64,000 bases of DNA, taken from Eledone cirrhosa (taxonomy: Eukaryota). The stretch lies in contig OZ024741.1 in the NCBI GenBank assembly GCA_964016885.1, positions 253,580,001 to 253,644,000 of the forward strand. The letters are read 5' to 3'. The notes below the pieces were generated by a model. The model was given only the letters and a program-made list of their open reading frames with translations. It was not told the DNA's origin and ran no database searches. Every line of letters starts with the position of its first letter. The first letter of the stretch is position 1. Below are positions 28,715 to 43,143 of the stretch, piece by piece. The position numbers and the translations under genes are program-made.

Positions 28715-30118
28715 AAGGTGGTTGAGTCATCGTAGGAATGTCAATCCAGTTACGGAGCAGATGTGATTTCAGGTGAGGACAACATCTGAAGATCTCGGTC
28801 TTGGAGTTAAGGCAAGTTGAAGTGGCTTTCAATTTTGTAGAATTCTAAATTTTTCAGTGGTACACAAAGAACAATTCTTTGTGCCTCTTTGGTATTCCCT
28901 CGAATGGTCTAAAATAGACCAATCGATAGAGTACGGGATGTTATTATCTTTGAATTCCCGCACCTTATTAGCGAGGGCCGTTGTTGTTCTTTTATCAGAG
29001 TGTTTAAAAGAAGCGATATGTACATAAAACCTGGTTTTGAACCTGTCTTGAGTCATACCAACATATCGTTCACTCCTGGCTGGCTGGTTGTTAATCAAAG
29101 ATGTTATTTTGGCCTCATATATAACGGATTTGGTGTTACATTTGCTCTGTAATGGGCATTCATCCGGCTTTGTGAAACTCCATCCTGGATTTATTCTCGT
29201 ACGATTAGAGTTGGTGATTTTAGACTTCATAGATGGGCAGCAAGAGTAACTAATTTTAACTACATTTCTATTAAATATCTTATAATATCTATGATTAGGG
29301 GGAAATGCTTATCTAGGAGGTCAAGGAATGTCCTTCCTACATTAGTTTTGACAGTTAGAGAGAGAGAGGGGGGGGGGTTTAAACCAAATAATTTTCCTTT
29401 TCCTATTATTGTGATTAGTTTTAGGGGGAGGGGTAGGTAAATATGTAATCTGTTCTGTAAAGCCGCTGTTATTGAGGGCTTTATTATAATAAAGGGCAGC
29501 TTTATTAAAAATGTCTAGAGAAGAATATAAAGTAGAAATCCTACGACTAATATTGGGAATAAGATTTTTAAAAACTATAGGGGGATGGCAAGACTCTTTG
29601 TGTATATATCTTAGATTCTCGTTAGGTTTATGATAAGGTTTAAAAGAGGCAGTAAGTAGATCAAGATTAATGTCAAGAAAGTTAGCATTGGTAAGGTTCG
29701 TATCTATAGTAATTTTAAGGTTAAGATTAGCAAAATATTGATTAAATCTTTACGGAATTTATCAAGGTTATGGTCGTTGGTGGTATGAGAAACTGCCAAT
29801 CCGTCGTCACGGTATAAACCGATATTATGGGAAGGAAATTTCTCTTTAAGGGTGTGGAGAAGGAATAATCCTACTAAGTCACACACATCCGCACTGTCAT
29901 ATGAACCCATTGCAACATCAAAAGAGTTTTCAGGGCTTGACTTTTTAACCCAAATACTTTCATTAGTAAAGAGTAGAGTTTTCCTAGCATGAAAAATAAT
30001 GTCTTCTAATTTAGAAATATTAATGAAAGGTCTTGCAAAATCTAAGGCTTTGTTTAATAAGGAAACAGTAATAGAGGGGTAAAAATCAACAATATCGAAT
30101 TGGGTAAATCTACACTTA
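28715..30118 (-). pseudogene. Frameshifted PLE reverse transcriptase plus C-terminal GIY-YIG endonuclease
   Basis: RT motifs FDIVDFYPSI, AMGSYDSADVCDL, GLYRDDGL and NFLDINLDL. Linker IFNRNVVKISYSC. Endonuclease motifs VIY...YVG..QDRFKTRFYVH, CSLCTTEK and LNSKTEIFRCCPH. Frameshifts near 29720, 29310 and 28830. Confidence 0.9.
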
Positions 30119-30259
30119 TATTTATCCTTATTTGTGTGTGTGCATATGTATCCTTTTATATGTGAGTACGTATGCATGTGTGTATATATTGTGTGTATGT
30201 ATGTGTGTGTATATGTATGTATGTATGTGTATGTGTATGTATATGTATATATATATATG

Positions 30260-30290
<31 letters not shown>

Positions 30291-30688
30291 GTGTGTGTGT
30301 GCATGTATATATATATGTGTATTGGTGTGTTTATGTATGGATATATATATATGTATATATATTTAAAAGTTTAAAATATGCTTGATCACAAGAATATCTA
30401 TTTTGTTAATATTTTGAATTAATATGTATATATATATATATGTATATATGTGTGTGTATATGTGTCTCTGTGTATATAAATGTGTATATATGCGTGTATA
30501 TATGTATGTATATATATGTATATATATATTTGTGTATATGTGTGTGTGCGTGTGTGTGTACGTGTGTGTTGTTATATATTCTTATTTATTATTATTCCCC
30601 CACCCCCCTTTTTTTTCCTCCAGCCTCACTTTCATATCTGTTATATTTTTGTTTTTCAAATCCACTGTCAATAAAATAACCAGGATTT

Positions 30689-30748
30689 TTTCATTCTGAT
30701 GAATGAAAGCAATTTTGGTTGCTTTCAAGAAACCACTGGTAAATGAAA
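30689..30748 (+). ncRNA. Type-I hammerhead ribozyme motif in the inverted pseudo-LTR
   Basis: Reverse-complement copy of 26692-26751. Confidence 0.85.
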
Positions 30749-30795
30749 TAATTATCTTATGTTGTTTTTACATAACTAAATAAATAAATAAATAA

Positions 30796-30901
<106 letters not shown>

Positions 30902-31768
30902 ATATATATACAAACATACACATACACACATACACTCAGACAAACACACTCACACAAACACACACATATATATATATACATACACACACACAGACACACA
31001 GAACACACACATACATATAATCTCATTATGGATCTATTGGATTAACATTGTTTTCCTTTCCTACACACACTTTGGCTGCTGAGATGTTGGGGATTACTAT
31101 CTGTAGACACACACACAGCCATACAAACAGACTCATGCATACACTCATACACAAACATGCACACACAGACACAGACTCACATATGCATACTTACACACAA
31201 ACACACAGTCTATATGTCTGTGGCAGATTACTGCCTACACACATACATACACTACCACACACACACTATAGGTCCACAGATGTTTAATGACTACACACTC
31301 ACACCATGTGATTACTGCTTGCACACAAACACACACTTATGCACATACATACATGCACACACACATGCACTCACACCCTTATACACACATGTGCACATTA
31401 TAAGTCTGTGAGTGATTACTACCTCTCTACAAACAAAGGGTTGGAAGGAATCTTTAGTTGTGCTATAAACATGACAACCTCCCTAGTGTTGGTGATCTAC
31501 ACAAACTAACACCCAGTACACTCTGTAAAGAGGTTGGTGATAGGAAGGGTATCCAGTTGTAGAAAACCTGCCAAAGAAAGTGTCAGAAGGACTGTTTAGC
31601 TGTGTCAAAGACATGATAACTTCCTTAGTGTTAGTGCCATGATAAATTACACTAATTAGACTGCGGGAGCATATGTCAGTGTCCCAGCCCACCTGGAAGT
31701 CTGTGGTTCCTGATTAGTCTGTGATGATCATCCAAACTTACTAGTAAGGAAAAAGGACATTCAACGAA

Positions 31769-31816
<48 letters not shown>

Positions 31817-32237
31817 ATAATGATGATGTCATAACATTCGCATATCTTTTTCTTTGCCCACTTGTTCCTGAGAGGGTCATAGGGGTAGAGTCCTCAAACA
31901 TTCCTTCCAGCAGGTCTTGTCAGAAGCAACTGTCTCCAACTGATCCGCCTGCATGCTCAAGCGAGACCAGCCAAGCTCATGGATGTTATCAAACCATCTT
32001 GCTCAGAATCTACACCTGGGTCACCTGCTGACTGTTTTTTGTCCATAAAATCTGTCCAGAGGTTCTTTCCTGAGACATTCTAACCACATGCCCAGTGTAT
32101 CGGAACTATGATCTCTCAATTCACATATTATTCACCTTAAATGTTATCTAAACTATAATAAAGTAAGGAGCGCGGGACTGCATACGGTTTATAATTTTTA
32201 TCCCATTAGTAAAATAAGTTGGATTACTTTGAATAAA

Positions 32238-32421
32238 TAATTGTTTCTACTTTTGGCACAAGGTCAGCAATTACCCAGTGTATTACTAGTACTTTATTTT
32301 ATCGACCCCGTAAGGATGAAATACAAAGTTAACCTTGGCGGAATTTGAACTCAGAATGGCAAGGGCCGTAACTCTATAAATCAAAGCATGTCGTCCGACC
32401 CTCTACCAATACTGCCAATCC
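32238..32421 (-). mobile_element. SINE family A
   Basis: Reverse-complement consensus, with TGAATAAAT on both flanks. Confidence 0.85.
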
Positions 32422-32829
32422 ATGAATAAATCTTTAGTTGTGCTATAAACATGACATTCAGCTCCCACAGGAAATCTGGTTGGCATTAGGAAGGGCATCC
32501 AACCATAGAAGCCAAGCCCAAAACATTTCTGTATGAGCAAGACACGGTCACCTGATCTGACTTGTCTCACAACATCGAAACAACTCGTCTAACCCGGACA
32601 TTAAATGATGATGATGATGAAAATGATAGATTTATATATATATACACCTGAGACCCATCATAAAGTGGGTGATTTTAAGAAGGGCATCCAGCCATAGAAT
32701 CCATTCAAGCATGGAAATTAGATGTTAAATGCTGATGATGAGGAGGATGATGATGATCATACATATCATCATTATCATTATCAACATACACACACATCAG
32801 ACACATACACACACACACCTATATATATA

Positions 32830-33225
32830 TCATCATCATCATCATCATCATCATCATTTTACGTCCACTTTTCCCTGCTTGCAAGGGTGGGACGGGAACT
32901 GATGCTGGCTTGATTTCTACAGCTGGATGCCCTTCCTAACACCAACCTCATTTACAGTGAGTGCTGGGTGCTTTTTCGAGGCGCCTACACGTCCACTTTA
33001 CAGTGTGGGCTGGGTGCTTTTTTGCCGTGGCACATCCACGACCACTTTGCAGTGGAATGATAGGGACCCCAGTCCCTATCATCTCATTTCTACAGCTGAG
33101 TAAACTGGAGCAATGTGAAGTAAAGTGTCTTGCTCAAGGAAATAACACATCACCCGGTCTGAGAATTGAACTCACAACCTTTCGATTGCAAGGCCAATGC
33201 TCAAACCACTAAGCCATGTGCCTCC
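32830..33225 (-). mobile_element. SINE family B, full length
   Basis: Reverse complement of the 7363 copy with an extra internal unit. Confidence 0.85.
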
Positions 33226-33347
33226 ATCTATATAGATATATATTGGGATAGAACCAGTTTTAAACTAGTTAGATCATTATTCAACAGAGTACTCAATGTT
33301 GAAACTAGCTGTTGAAACAGCAAGAGCTCAGCCATTGGACACCAACT

Positions 33348-33412
<65 letters not shown>

Positions 33413-33832
33413 GATATAATGACAATTCCTGATGCAATCAACTGAGAAATACTCAGAAAAAATCCACCAAAAATACAAAAGCAGGAACGACCCACACCCC
33501 ACCCCCAAAATGAAAAAAAACATTCATTCATTTATTGAATTGTCAAATTTCTTCTGGTGCTGGTATTGGTATACTCTAGAGACCATTACAATTATTTTCT
33601 CATTTCTGGAAATTGTTCTAGAGAACAATATCAATTCTACATGTTAGCCATATTTGCAACTCCACAATACCACGACAGCAAGACACCACAACTACCACTA
33701 CTACCAACACCACCACCACCACCACCACCACCATCTTCTACCATATCTAACTAGAAAATTATTAGCTCCCACTCATTTTTTTCACTATGTTTATTAGCTT
33801 CATTGTTTAGCTGAGTGCCATCATTATTATTT

Positions 33833-34400
33833 GGGTCGGACATCATGCTTTGACGCATAGAGTTACGGCCCTTTCTATTCTGAGTTCAAATCCTGCCGAG
33901 GTCAACTTTGCCTTTCATCCTTACGGGGTCGATAAAATAAAGTACCAGTAATGTTCTGGGTAATTGCTGGCCTTGTGCCAAAAGTAGAAACAATTATTAT
34001 TTGGTGGATGCGAGGACTGAAGTTGCAGTATCGGTAGAGTGTCAGACAACATGCTTTGTGGCATATAGCTACAGCCTAAACGTTCTGAGTTCAAATCTCA
34101 TTGAAGTTAGTTTTGCCTTTTATCCATATGGCGTCGATAAAATAAAGTACCAGTAATGCACTGGAGATTCTTTCCCTTCCACCAAAATTGTTGGCCTTGC
34201 ATCTAACTTAGAAACCATCACCCCTAGAGCATCAGACAAAATGCATTGCATTTTTTAACCATGAATTTATACATTATGAGTTTAAATCCTGCTAAAGTTA
34301 ATCTTGCCTTTCATCCTTCCATGGTCGGTAAAATAAAGTACTAGTTAAATGCTAGGCACAATATAATCAAATTGCAGGCTTTGTGCTTAGATTACAAATA
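33833..34400 (+). mobile_element. Three head-to-tail SINE A copies of increasing divergence
   Basis: The core motif recurs at ~33910, ~34115 and ~34305. The first copy is 5'-truncated with TSD ATTATTATTTGG. Confidence 0.8.
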
Positions 34401-34963
34401 GTTATTTGGTGTATGTGCATCATGTTGTGAGACACCCTGAGTATTTGAGACTGGTGAATCCTGTAATACATAGACGTGTGCCAGGCAAAGTGGGTTAGCC
34501 ATGATGGTGGTGACTGAGTGACATCTGTTCATAGACTGACAGGGGTCCCTGAGAGGCAATCAGAATAGCAGAGGGCAAGCCTGCTTGGAGAGAATTGCAG
34601 AAGGCATCCATGCACCCTTGGGGTCTATAATGATGATATGATGATGATGAAATGTCTCATAGCATCTGATAATTTCTTACAGTCCTTTGTCATCTTACAC
34701 ACAAAGCAATGTCCTTTGTTCTGTCCTACACCATCTTGTTTTTGTGAGCTTACAAAAACAAGGACAGAACAAAGGAGAGACACAAAATAACAACAAAGGT
34801 AGTCACTGAGGAGGTCACAGAATGTGTGATGAAAGAGCTTTGAAAATCAACAACTAAACAACCATCCAGTTATTCAACTGGGAGTTTATAATAAATTGAA
34901 GTGAAAACCAACAGGTGAGTGTGTTCTATTGTCAGCATGAAACTCCCAAAGTATAACTATGTA

Positions 34964-35061
<98 letters not shown>

Positions 35062-35166
35062 TGTGTACGTTTGCATACTTACATTCATATATAAATATAT
35101 GCATACATATATATACATATGGAAATATATATATCACTAGCTCTGACAGTTGGCAGGTAATCAGTA

Positions 35167-35215
35167 AATTGCACTGATGAAAGGTAATCACCCAGAAACA
35201 TTAGTGTCTGCAGTT
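35167..35215 (+). ncRNA. Minimal type-I hammerhead motif
   Basis: AATTGCA CTGATGA aaGGTaatcACCca GAAA CAttagTG TC TGCAGTT, with a GUC triplet. It sits in a repeat also found at 45650-45860. Confidence 0.75.
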
Positions 35216-35424
35216 CTCTTTGCATGCCAACACAAGAGCAAGAATGAGGGGCTCATTCTACTGACATGGCTTATAAAAGAGGCTCTTTGCATAATTGCAA
35301 ACGAATTGAATATTATTATTAGTATTCGAAAAACTCAGATTATATTTAAATATATTTATACATATAGAAACTATATATATGCATATATAAATATATATAT
35401 GCATATATAGATATATATAAATAT

Positions 35425-35517
<93 letters not shown>

Positions 35518-35544
35518 TATATATATATCATCATCATCGTCATC

Positions 35545-36010
35545 ATCATTTTACATCCGCTTTTCCCTAGGATTTCTTGGCACTTCTTTACCCAGCAGTC
35601 ATCCTCAATACACATCACATGTCCATACCATCTCAGTCTTCTTTCCTGCACACCACAACTTATCTCTTATACACAGTTTCTCTCTCAACTCATCTATGCT
35701 TGGTCGTTCATGCACATTATCATTGCATATCCAACGGAGCATGCTTGCTTCATTTCTCTACAGCCATCACATATCCTCTGCAGTTGCTGCCCATGTCTCA
35801 CTACCATGCAGCATAGTGCATCTCACACAGGCGTCATATAACTGGCCTTTCGTACGCAGAGAGAAACCCTTCTTTGTCAACACAGGAAGCAGCTCCCAAA
35901 ACTTCTTCCAACCCATCATTATTCTAGATACTGTGACCTCGGAACACCCCGCTCCCATGCTAATCTGATCATCTAGGTACCAGAAGCTATCAACCACTTC
36001 TATAGAACCT
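35545..36010 (-). pseudogene. RTE-clade LINE fragment (RT C-terminal region)
   Basis: EVVDSFWYL...WKKFWELLPVL...[17 protein letters not shown] and RRLRWYGHV. Confidence 0.85.
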
Positions 36011-36379
36011 ACCTGCATTATATATAGATATAGATATATGTCTCTCTCTCTCTCTCTGTATATATTTATATATATGTATATATATATATATGCTTGGCTA
36101 TATGAACAATATAATAAATAATACATGAAAAGAAAAATATGATAGAAATACAATACAGGTAAAACAAAAATGCAGGTGAGATAGTGTATATATTCAGCTA
36201 TCATAAAAAGAGAAATAACTCATTAAATGATGTAGTTGTAGAGAGATTTTCTGAATGAACGACAGGATGGTCCTGGTTGGAATGTGTTTGATCATAGGTC
36301 TGCTGCATCAGTGTTGACCAGGGGCTAAAGAACACCATCACCCACCATCCGCACCTCATTAACAACTTCTATCACCACA

Positions 36380-36965
36380 ACCACCACACAACCCACCACT
36401 GCCACCACCATCACCATCACCCCAACTAACCCACCACCACCACCACCATCACCACAACTACCACCATTGTCACCACCACCACCACCACCATCACCATCAC
36501 CCCGACTAACCCACCACCACCACCACCATCACCATCGCCATCACCCCAACTAACCCACCACCACCACCACCATCACCATCACTCCAACTAACCCACCACC
36601 ATCACCATCACCCCAACTAACCCACCACCACCATCACCACAACTACCACCACTGTCACCACCACCACCATCACCCCAACTAACCCACCACCACCACCACC
36701 ACCACCACCACCACCATTACCACAACTACCACTACTGTCACCACCACCACCATCACCCCAACTAACCCACCACCACCACCACCACCACCACCATCACCAT
36801 CACCCCAACTAACCCACCACCACCACCGCCACCACCACCACCACCATCACCCCAACTAACCCACCACCACCACCACCACCATCACCATCACCCCAACTAA
36901 CCCACCACCACCACCACCACCATCACCATCACCCCAACTAACCCACCACCACCACCACCACCACC
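36380..36965. repeat. Minisatellite (CAC)n-CATCACCCCAACTAACC
   Basis: Direct inspection. Confidence 0.9.
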
Positions 36966-37097
36966 GTAGAATCAACAAAGGGAGAACAAAAGGGAACTAA
37001 CTACAAAGAAATTACAAGTTCAGTAATGTTGGGTTGATGGAGTGAGAGCAGAGGGAGGAGGGGGAAAGAGAGAGAGAGAGCGATAGAAAAGGAGAGT

Positions 37098-37128
<31 letters not shown>

Positions 37129-37402
37129 TGTGAGAAAGAAAGAGAAAGAAAAAAGAAATAGAGAGAGAGAGAGAAAGAAAGGGAGGCAGACAGAAAGTGA
37201 GAGTGTGTGAGAAAGAAAGAGAAAAAAGAAAGAAAAAGAAAGAGAGAAAGAAGAAAGAGAGAGTATGTATATGTGAGGAGTAGAGAGAGTGCAGATGTGT
37301 GAGAGAGAGAGAGGGGGAGAGAGACAATTAGCCAGCCATATATATGGAGAAAGTGTGTGCAAGAGAAAGAGAAAGAAGAGCAGTGTTTATAAAGGCAGTA
37401 AG

Positions 37403-37496
<94 letters not shown>

Positions 37497-37750
37497 CATG
37501 TATGTATGAATAGATATAGAGAGAGAAGTGTTTATAAAAAGAGTAAGAGGTGTATATATACAATTGTATAAATATATATAGAGAAAGAGAGTGTGTGCGT
37601 GTGTGTACATAGACACACAGGCCCTAGAGAGAGAGAGAGAGAGAGAGAGGGGGAAAGAGAAAGAGAGTGAGAGACAGAAAGACAGAGAGAGAGAGAGAGA
37701 GAGAGACAGAGATAGAGAAAGACAGAGAGAGAGAGAGATAAAGAGCGACA

Positions 37751-37789
<39 letters not shown>

Positions 37790-38673
37790 GTTATGTGTTT
37801 CAGAGAACATATTGTTTTATTGAAATTCTAGTAATGGACACAGACTGACCACTTTACTTCCTCTGTTCTTCCTTTTACCCCATCTTTCTCACACTTCTCT
37901 CTCTCTTTCCCTCTCTCCCCCTCCCCTCTTTTTCTCCCTCTTCTTTCTCATTCCCACAACCCCCTCTTTCTCACTCTCTCTCTCACTCTCTCACTCTCCC
38001 TCACCCCCCTCTCTCCTTTTACTCCTCTCTTTCGCCCTCTCTCTCAATCCCTCACCCCTCTCTCTCTCTCTCGCCCTCTCTCACTCTCTCTCACTCTCTC
38101 ACTCTCTCTCACTCTCCCCCTTCCCCCTCACGCTCTCTCGCCCCTCTCTTTCTCACTCTTTCTCGCTCATTTTCACTCACTTTCTCTCTCTCTCCCTCTC
38201 CAACACACTCCCACCCTCTCTCTCTCCCCCTCTCTCTCGCTCCCTCTCCCTCACACTCCCCCTCTCTCATTCACTCCATTTCCATCCTCTCTCACTCACT
38301 CACCCCATCACTCTCACCCACTTCTCTCCCTCTTTGCTTAATCTCACACCTTTCTCTCCTCAGTTCACTTTCTATTCTCCTCTACCCCTCCCACACCCTT
38401 TCATTTCTTTTTCTACCTTTTTCCCCCCTCTACTTCCTCATTACTTCCCATCTATTCCCCCTCTATTCTTACACCATTCCTCCTCCTCTACTCCCCCTTT
38501 ATTCTCCCCCTCCCTCTATCCCTCCTTCGCTACTCCCCACCTCACCACCACACCACACACACTGCAAGGTAAACACTTTTACCTCTAACCATACATAATT
38601 GCTTCAATGATGCACGCTCCACTGCGAATTAATGATGCACCCATCTGATGCCAAGTACTATACACCGGTGCAA

Positions 38674-38729
<56 letters not shown>

Positions 38730-38880
38730 TAAATACACAAACACTCAAATACACAAACAGGTACACTGCCCTGCTGCAGTGTTGCTGAGTTGGCACTTCA
38801 AACAAATTCTTTGTTCTCTGTTGTGTTCAATGTTGTGTTGTGATATATATGTATGTATGTATGTCTCACTCACACCCCAC

Positions 38881-39030
<150 letters not shown>

Positions 39031-39140
39031 AAGAGATACAAATACATTAACATACATACACACATATACACACATATATATATACATGTATGTATGTATA
39101 TTCATATTTATATATATATACACACATACATATATATGTG

Positions 39141-39183
<43 letters not shown>

Positions 39184-39288
39184 CAGTTAGATCTACATAT
39201 ATACATATATAGACACATATATATATATATATATATACATACATATATATATATACATATGCATACATATATATATGTATATGCATAC

Positions 39289-39429
<141 letters not shown>

Positions 39430-39454
39430 AATATATATATATATATCTATGTAC

Positions 39455-39499
<45 letters not shown>

Positions 39500-39516
39500 T
39501 ATATAAATATATAAGC

Positions 39517-39550
<34 letters not shown>

Positions 39551-39674
39551 GTGTATGTGTGAGTGTGTGTGTGTGTAAATATATATATAAGCATATATAT
39601 ATATATATGTATATATATATGTGAGTGTGTGTGTGTGTGTATATATATATATACATATATATAAATACATACAT

Positions 39675-39707
<33 letters not shown>

Positions 39708-39713
39708 CACACC

Positions 39714-39745
<32 letters not shown>

Positions 39746-40072
39746 CACCATGATCAATGTTTAATGTCCATTTTCTATGCTTGCATGGGTTAGGTCAGAG
39801 ATGGGGAACCTGCAGCCTTCTATGCCAATCTGTGTGGCCTCTTGAAAGAATAAAAAATTTCCAACAAATCTTTGATTTTTATTATTATGTATTTGTCTAT
39901 CTCTCATTATTTTAAATTAATTCATAAGATGAACATATTTTAAATATCAAAGAGTAAAAGAAAATTCAATGAAATAATCCACACTGACAGACAGCCAGAA
40001 TTAAGAAAATTAATAGATCATAAGGACTATTTCAGCACTTTCTATGCACATATCTCTCTCTATATATATATA

Positions 40073-41158
40073 CTAGCAGAGGTACCCGGCGTTGCTCGGG
40101 TATTAACTTGCAGTTGTGTATACCATTTATGTTAATACTTCAGTGCTACTTCGAAAACTATACTTTTACAAAATCATCGACTTTTTCCAAAAGCGGGTTC
40201 CTGCTCCCAGGGGTCCCCTACTTAATATGTGCCAATTCTGAGAGTTCACATTCATCTGTAGGACAAACGTAGCCCATGTGTCAAGTTTTGTGAAAATCGG
40301 TTGCGACCTCCAGAAGTTATGACGTTTTGTTGCATTGTACTGCTGTTCTTCAGTCGACTCCAAGGAAGTGGTTAAAGGAGGTTATCTGCCGGGAGGCCCT
40401 ATAACCAATATCTGTAAAAATGAAAGTGCCCATGACCATCCGGCGTACATAAGTAACCTATGTCTTAAGTTTGGTGAAAATACTGTAGAAATCCATAAGG
40501 TTTATACACGCGCGCGCTCGTGTGTGTGTGTGGGGGGGGGGGGGGGGGGGGTATGCATTTGTGTGTGCGTATGTATGTGTATGTCCGTCGGGGCATACGT
40601 ATGTACTGGCCTAAATCTTCACTATTTACTTTTACTATTTTAATAACCTCTGTCATTTTCGTTTTCACTTTTATTTACATCATTCTTAAACTCTGGGGCT
40701 GGAAATCATTGTTATGTTAAATAGAATATTAGTCTAACGACTCCATTTATACCATAAACTTGGTCTTGTCTTTGCAAGAAATTGTTCTTATCGCTCCACA
40801 TAACGACGTATTATCCTCGCTTTTTTCCTTTTTTTCCTTTTTTCCCATTGCCAGGGAACGTCTTCACGAACCAAAATATCATCTTCCTGTTTTCGTTCGG
40901 TTGGAACGTTTCTCGAAATATTGACTTCTGCGTTCACAGATTACTCTCAGTTCAATTTGAATGGGAAATTTCTGCTTCATCGATTTTCTCCGTAACCATG
41001 GAAGCTTGTACCCTAAAAGTCGACCCAACGCCTCTTCGGGTCATTCTGCATAACTGTGTAAATTTTCGCTGCATTCCACCAAGCCATTTCAACGTTTATC
41101 CGACTACACCTACTTACTTAAATATACAACGTCCGACCACTTCCAATTATATAGTAGA
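40073..41158 (-). mobile_element. Non-autonomous Helitron
   Basis: The minus strand begins A|TCTACTATATAA at 41158 and ends with hairpin CCCGAGCaacGCCGGG followed by CTAG|T at 40073. It is inserted in an (AT)n tract with no TSD. Confidence 0.8.
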
Positions 41159-41833
41159 TATATATATATATTTATATACATTAATACACGCATACATTTA
41201 TTTTTTTAATTTCAATTGAGTTCTTAACACGTTGGATTGATAATGTTTTTGAAAAAACTAATTAACCCACGTGTTTATTATTTTCTTTTCTCGTGAATCG
41301 TGGTTGTCTCCCTTTCCCGCTTAGTGACGCTATGATACTTCCTCAGTCAAAAGACTGCTGGAATTTCAAATTTGGCGGTCATTCGATGCGTGAAGGAGCA
41401 GCTTAGCAGACACGAGTTTTAACTGCGGTAAGAATGTTTTCTTATATCAAAGTTTAATGGGCTTCCACTGAAGATTTATAAGTGCCCACATAAATATATT
41501 CTTACATGAATATATGTTAGGCTTCTACATAAACTGGAAACATTCTCCCAATTTGTAGAAAACTTATAATGAAACAATTGTTTGGAAAGAGAGATATATT
41601 TTAACTTTAATTATATCTCATAAAATAATACAACTGGCTTTCCACAAAATACATATAGTTAGCACCCAAACACTTAAATTGGGTTTATACTAACATATAA
41701 CCTAATGTTTGTTGAGTGAGATGGTTACCAGTCGGAGTTTAGCTTTAAGCTATCTCTGTTATTGTATTAAATATATATATATTATTAATAAATAATAAAT
41801 AATAAATGGAAAATATCACTATAGCAGCATATT

Positions 41834-41893
41834 TATTTTATTATACGTATTTCAAGGATAGCAAATTATGGTATGCTTTCATCAGATAAAATA
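41834..41893 (-). ncRNA. Minimal type-I hammerhead motif (same helix I as 26466 copy)
   Basis: Minus strand reads TATTTTAT CTGATGA AAG..CTT GAAA TACGTA TA ATAAAATA, with a palindromic helix III. Confidence 0.8.
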
Positions 41894-41944
41894 CAATGTT
41901 TGATATATAAGATAGTGACATACCCAAAGTATAAACTTTGAGAA

Positions 41945-42120
41945 TCACATATCTCTTTATTCAACACACATATCTCTTTATTCAACACACATATCTCTTT
42001 ATTCAACACATGTATATCTTTATTCAACACACATATGTCTTTATTCAACACACATATGTCTTTATTCAACACATATGTCTTTATTCAACACATATATATC
42101 TTTATTCAACACACATATGT
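41945..42120. repeat. 21-bp tandem repeat TCTTTATTCAACACACATATS
   Basis: About eight copies. Confidence 0.9.
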
Positions 42121-42224
42121 CACTCTCTTTTACTCACTCACCCCTCTCACTCTCTCTTACTCTCCTCTTTCACTCCCTCTTACTCACCCCTCTTACTCTC
42201 TCTTACTCACTCACCTCTCTTACT

Positions 42225-42303
<79 letters not shown>

Positions 42304-43143
42304 AGGACAAACAAGGTGTTATTACCAACACCAAAATCCCAACATCAACACCCCAAACCTAACACAACACAAACACTTGCAACATCCACTCCCACACCAC
42401 CAGAGACCAGAGACAACCACACACACAACATCCCACTGAAAAACCCTCCCTGTCAAATACTTCCACAAACACCTGCATAAACACTCCACCAATCAACATA
42501 CCCCCTCCCATCTACCCCTAATTCAGAAGTCTCAGACACGGGAACCTCTACATCTCCAAGTGAGGATGAAGAGGAACCCTAAAAATCCAAAAAACAAAAA
42601 AGAGACAAAAAAACACAAAAACAATAACATCTACAGAAAACACGCACACACCGAACCCCACTATAAACACACCAACAACACAATCACCACAAACACAATC
42701 AAACACTTCACCAATAAAACAAACACCTACACCAGCACAATCAAAAACCCCAACCACAAAAAGAAAACTACAAACAGAAACAGTACACATAAAAAAACAA
42801 AACACATTACGCATACATAAAAACAAACAAAAAAAGAATTGGTAAGAAACTGTCTGAAAACACGCTACTATCCAAACGGAAGGCAAAACCTTCCCCACCA
42901 ACGACCTACCCCCAAACCTCAAACTGATCAGGGTAACAACCCTACAACATGAAACATTGAAAGGGACCTTCCCACATGATGTGGGTCATCCTTGCCAAAA
43001 ATCCCTTAATCATATCCTACTAAAAGGATTCCTTCTCTCTCCAAACACCCACAATCTGGACATGGAGATCAAACAACCCGACCTCCAGGAAACAAAAAGG
43101 TAAGTGTTCCTGCCTTTTCTCTCCCTAACTCTTCTTCACCAAC

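Larger units (their letters stand above)
26660..30779 (-). mobile_element. Penelope-like retroelement (PLE), 5'-truncated, with inverted pseudo-LTRs
   Basis: RT and GIY-YIG remnants lie on the minus strand. The terminal segment ~26660-27251 recurs inverted at ~30118-30779, and each copy carries an identical hammerhead motif. Confidence 0.92.

Noticed and set aside
42300-43100. Possible LINE ORF1 upstream of the L1/Tx1 ORF2
   Set aside because: A/C-rich and interrupted; no zinc knuckle or RRM motif could be recognised.
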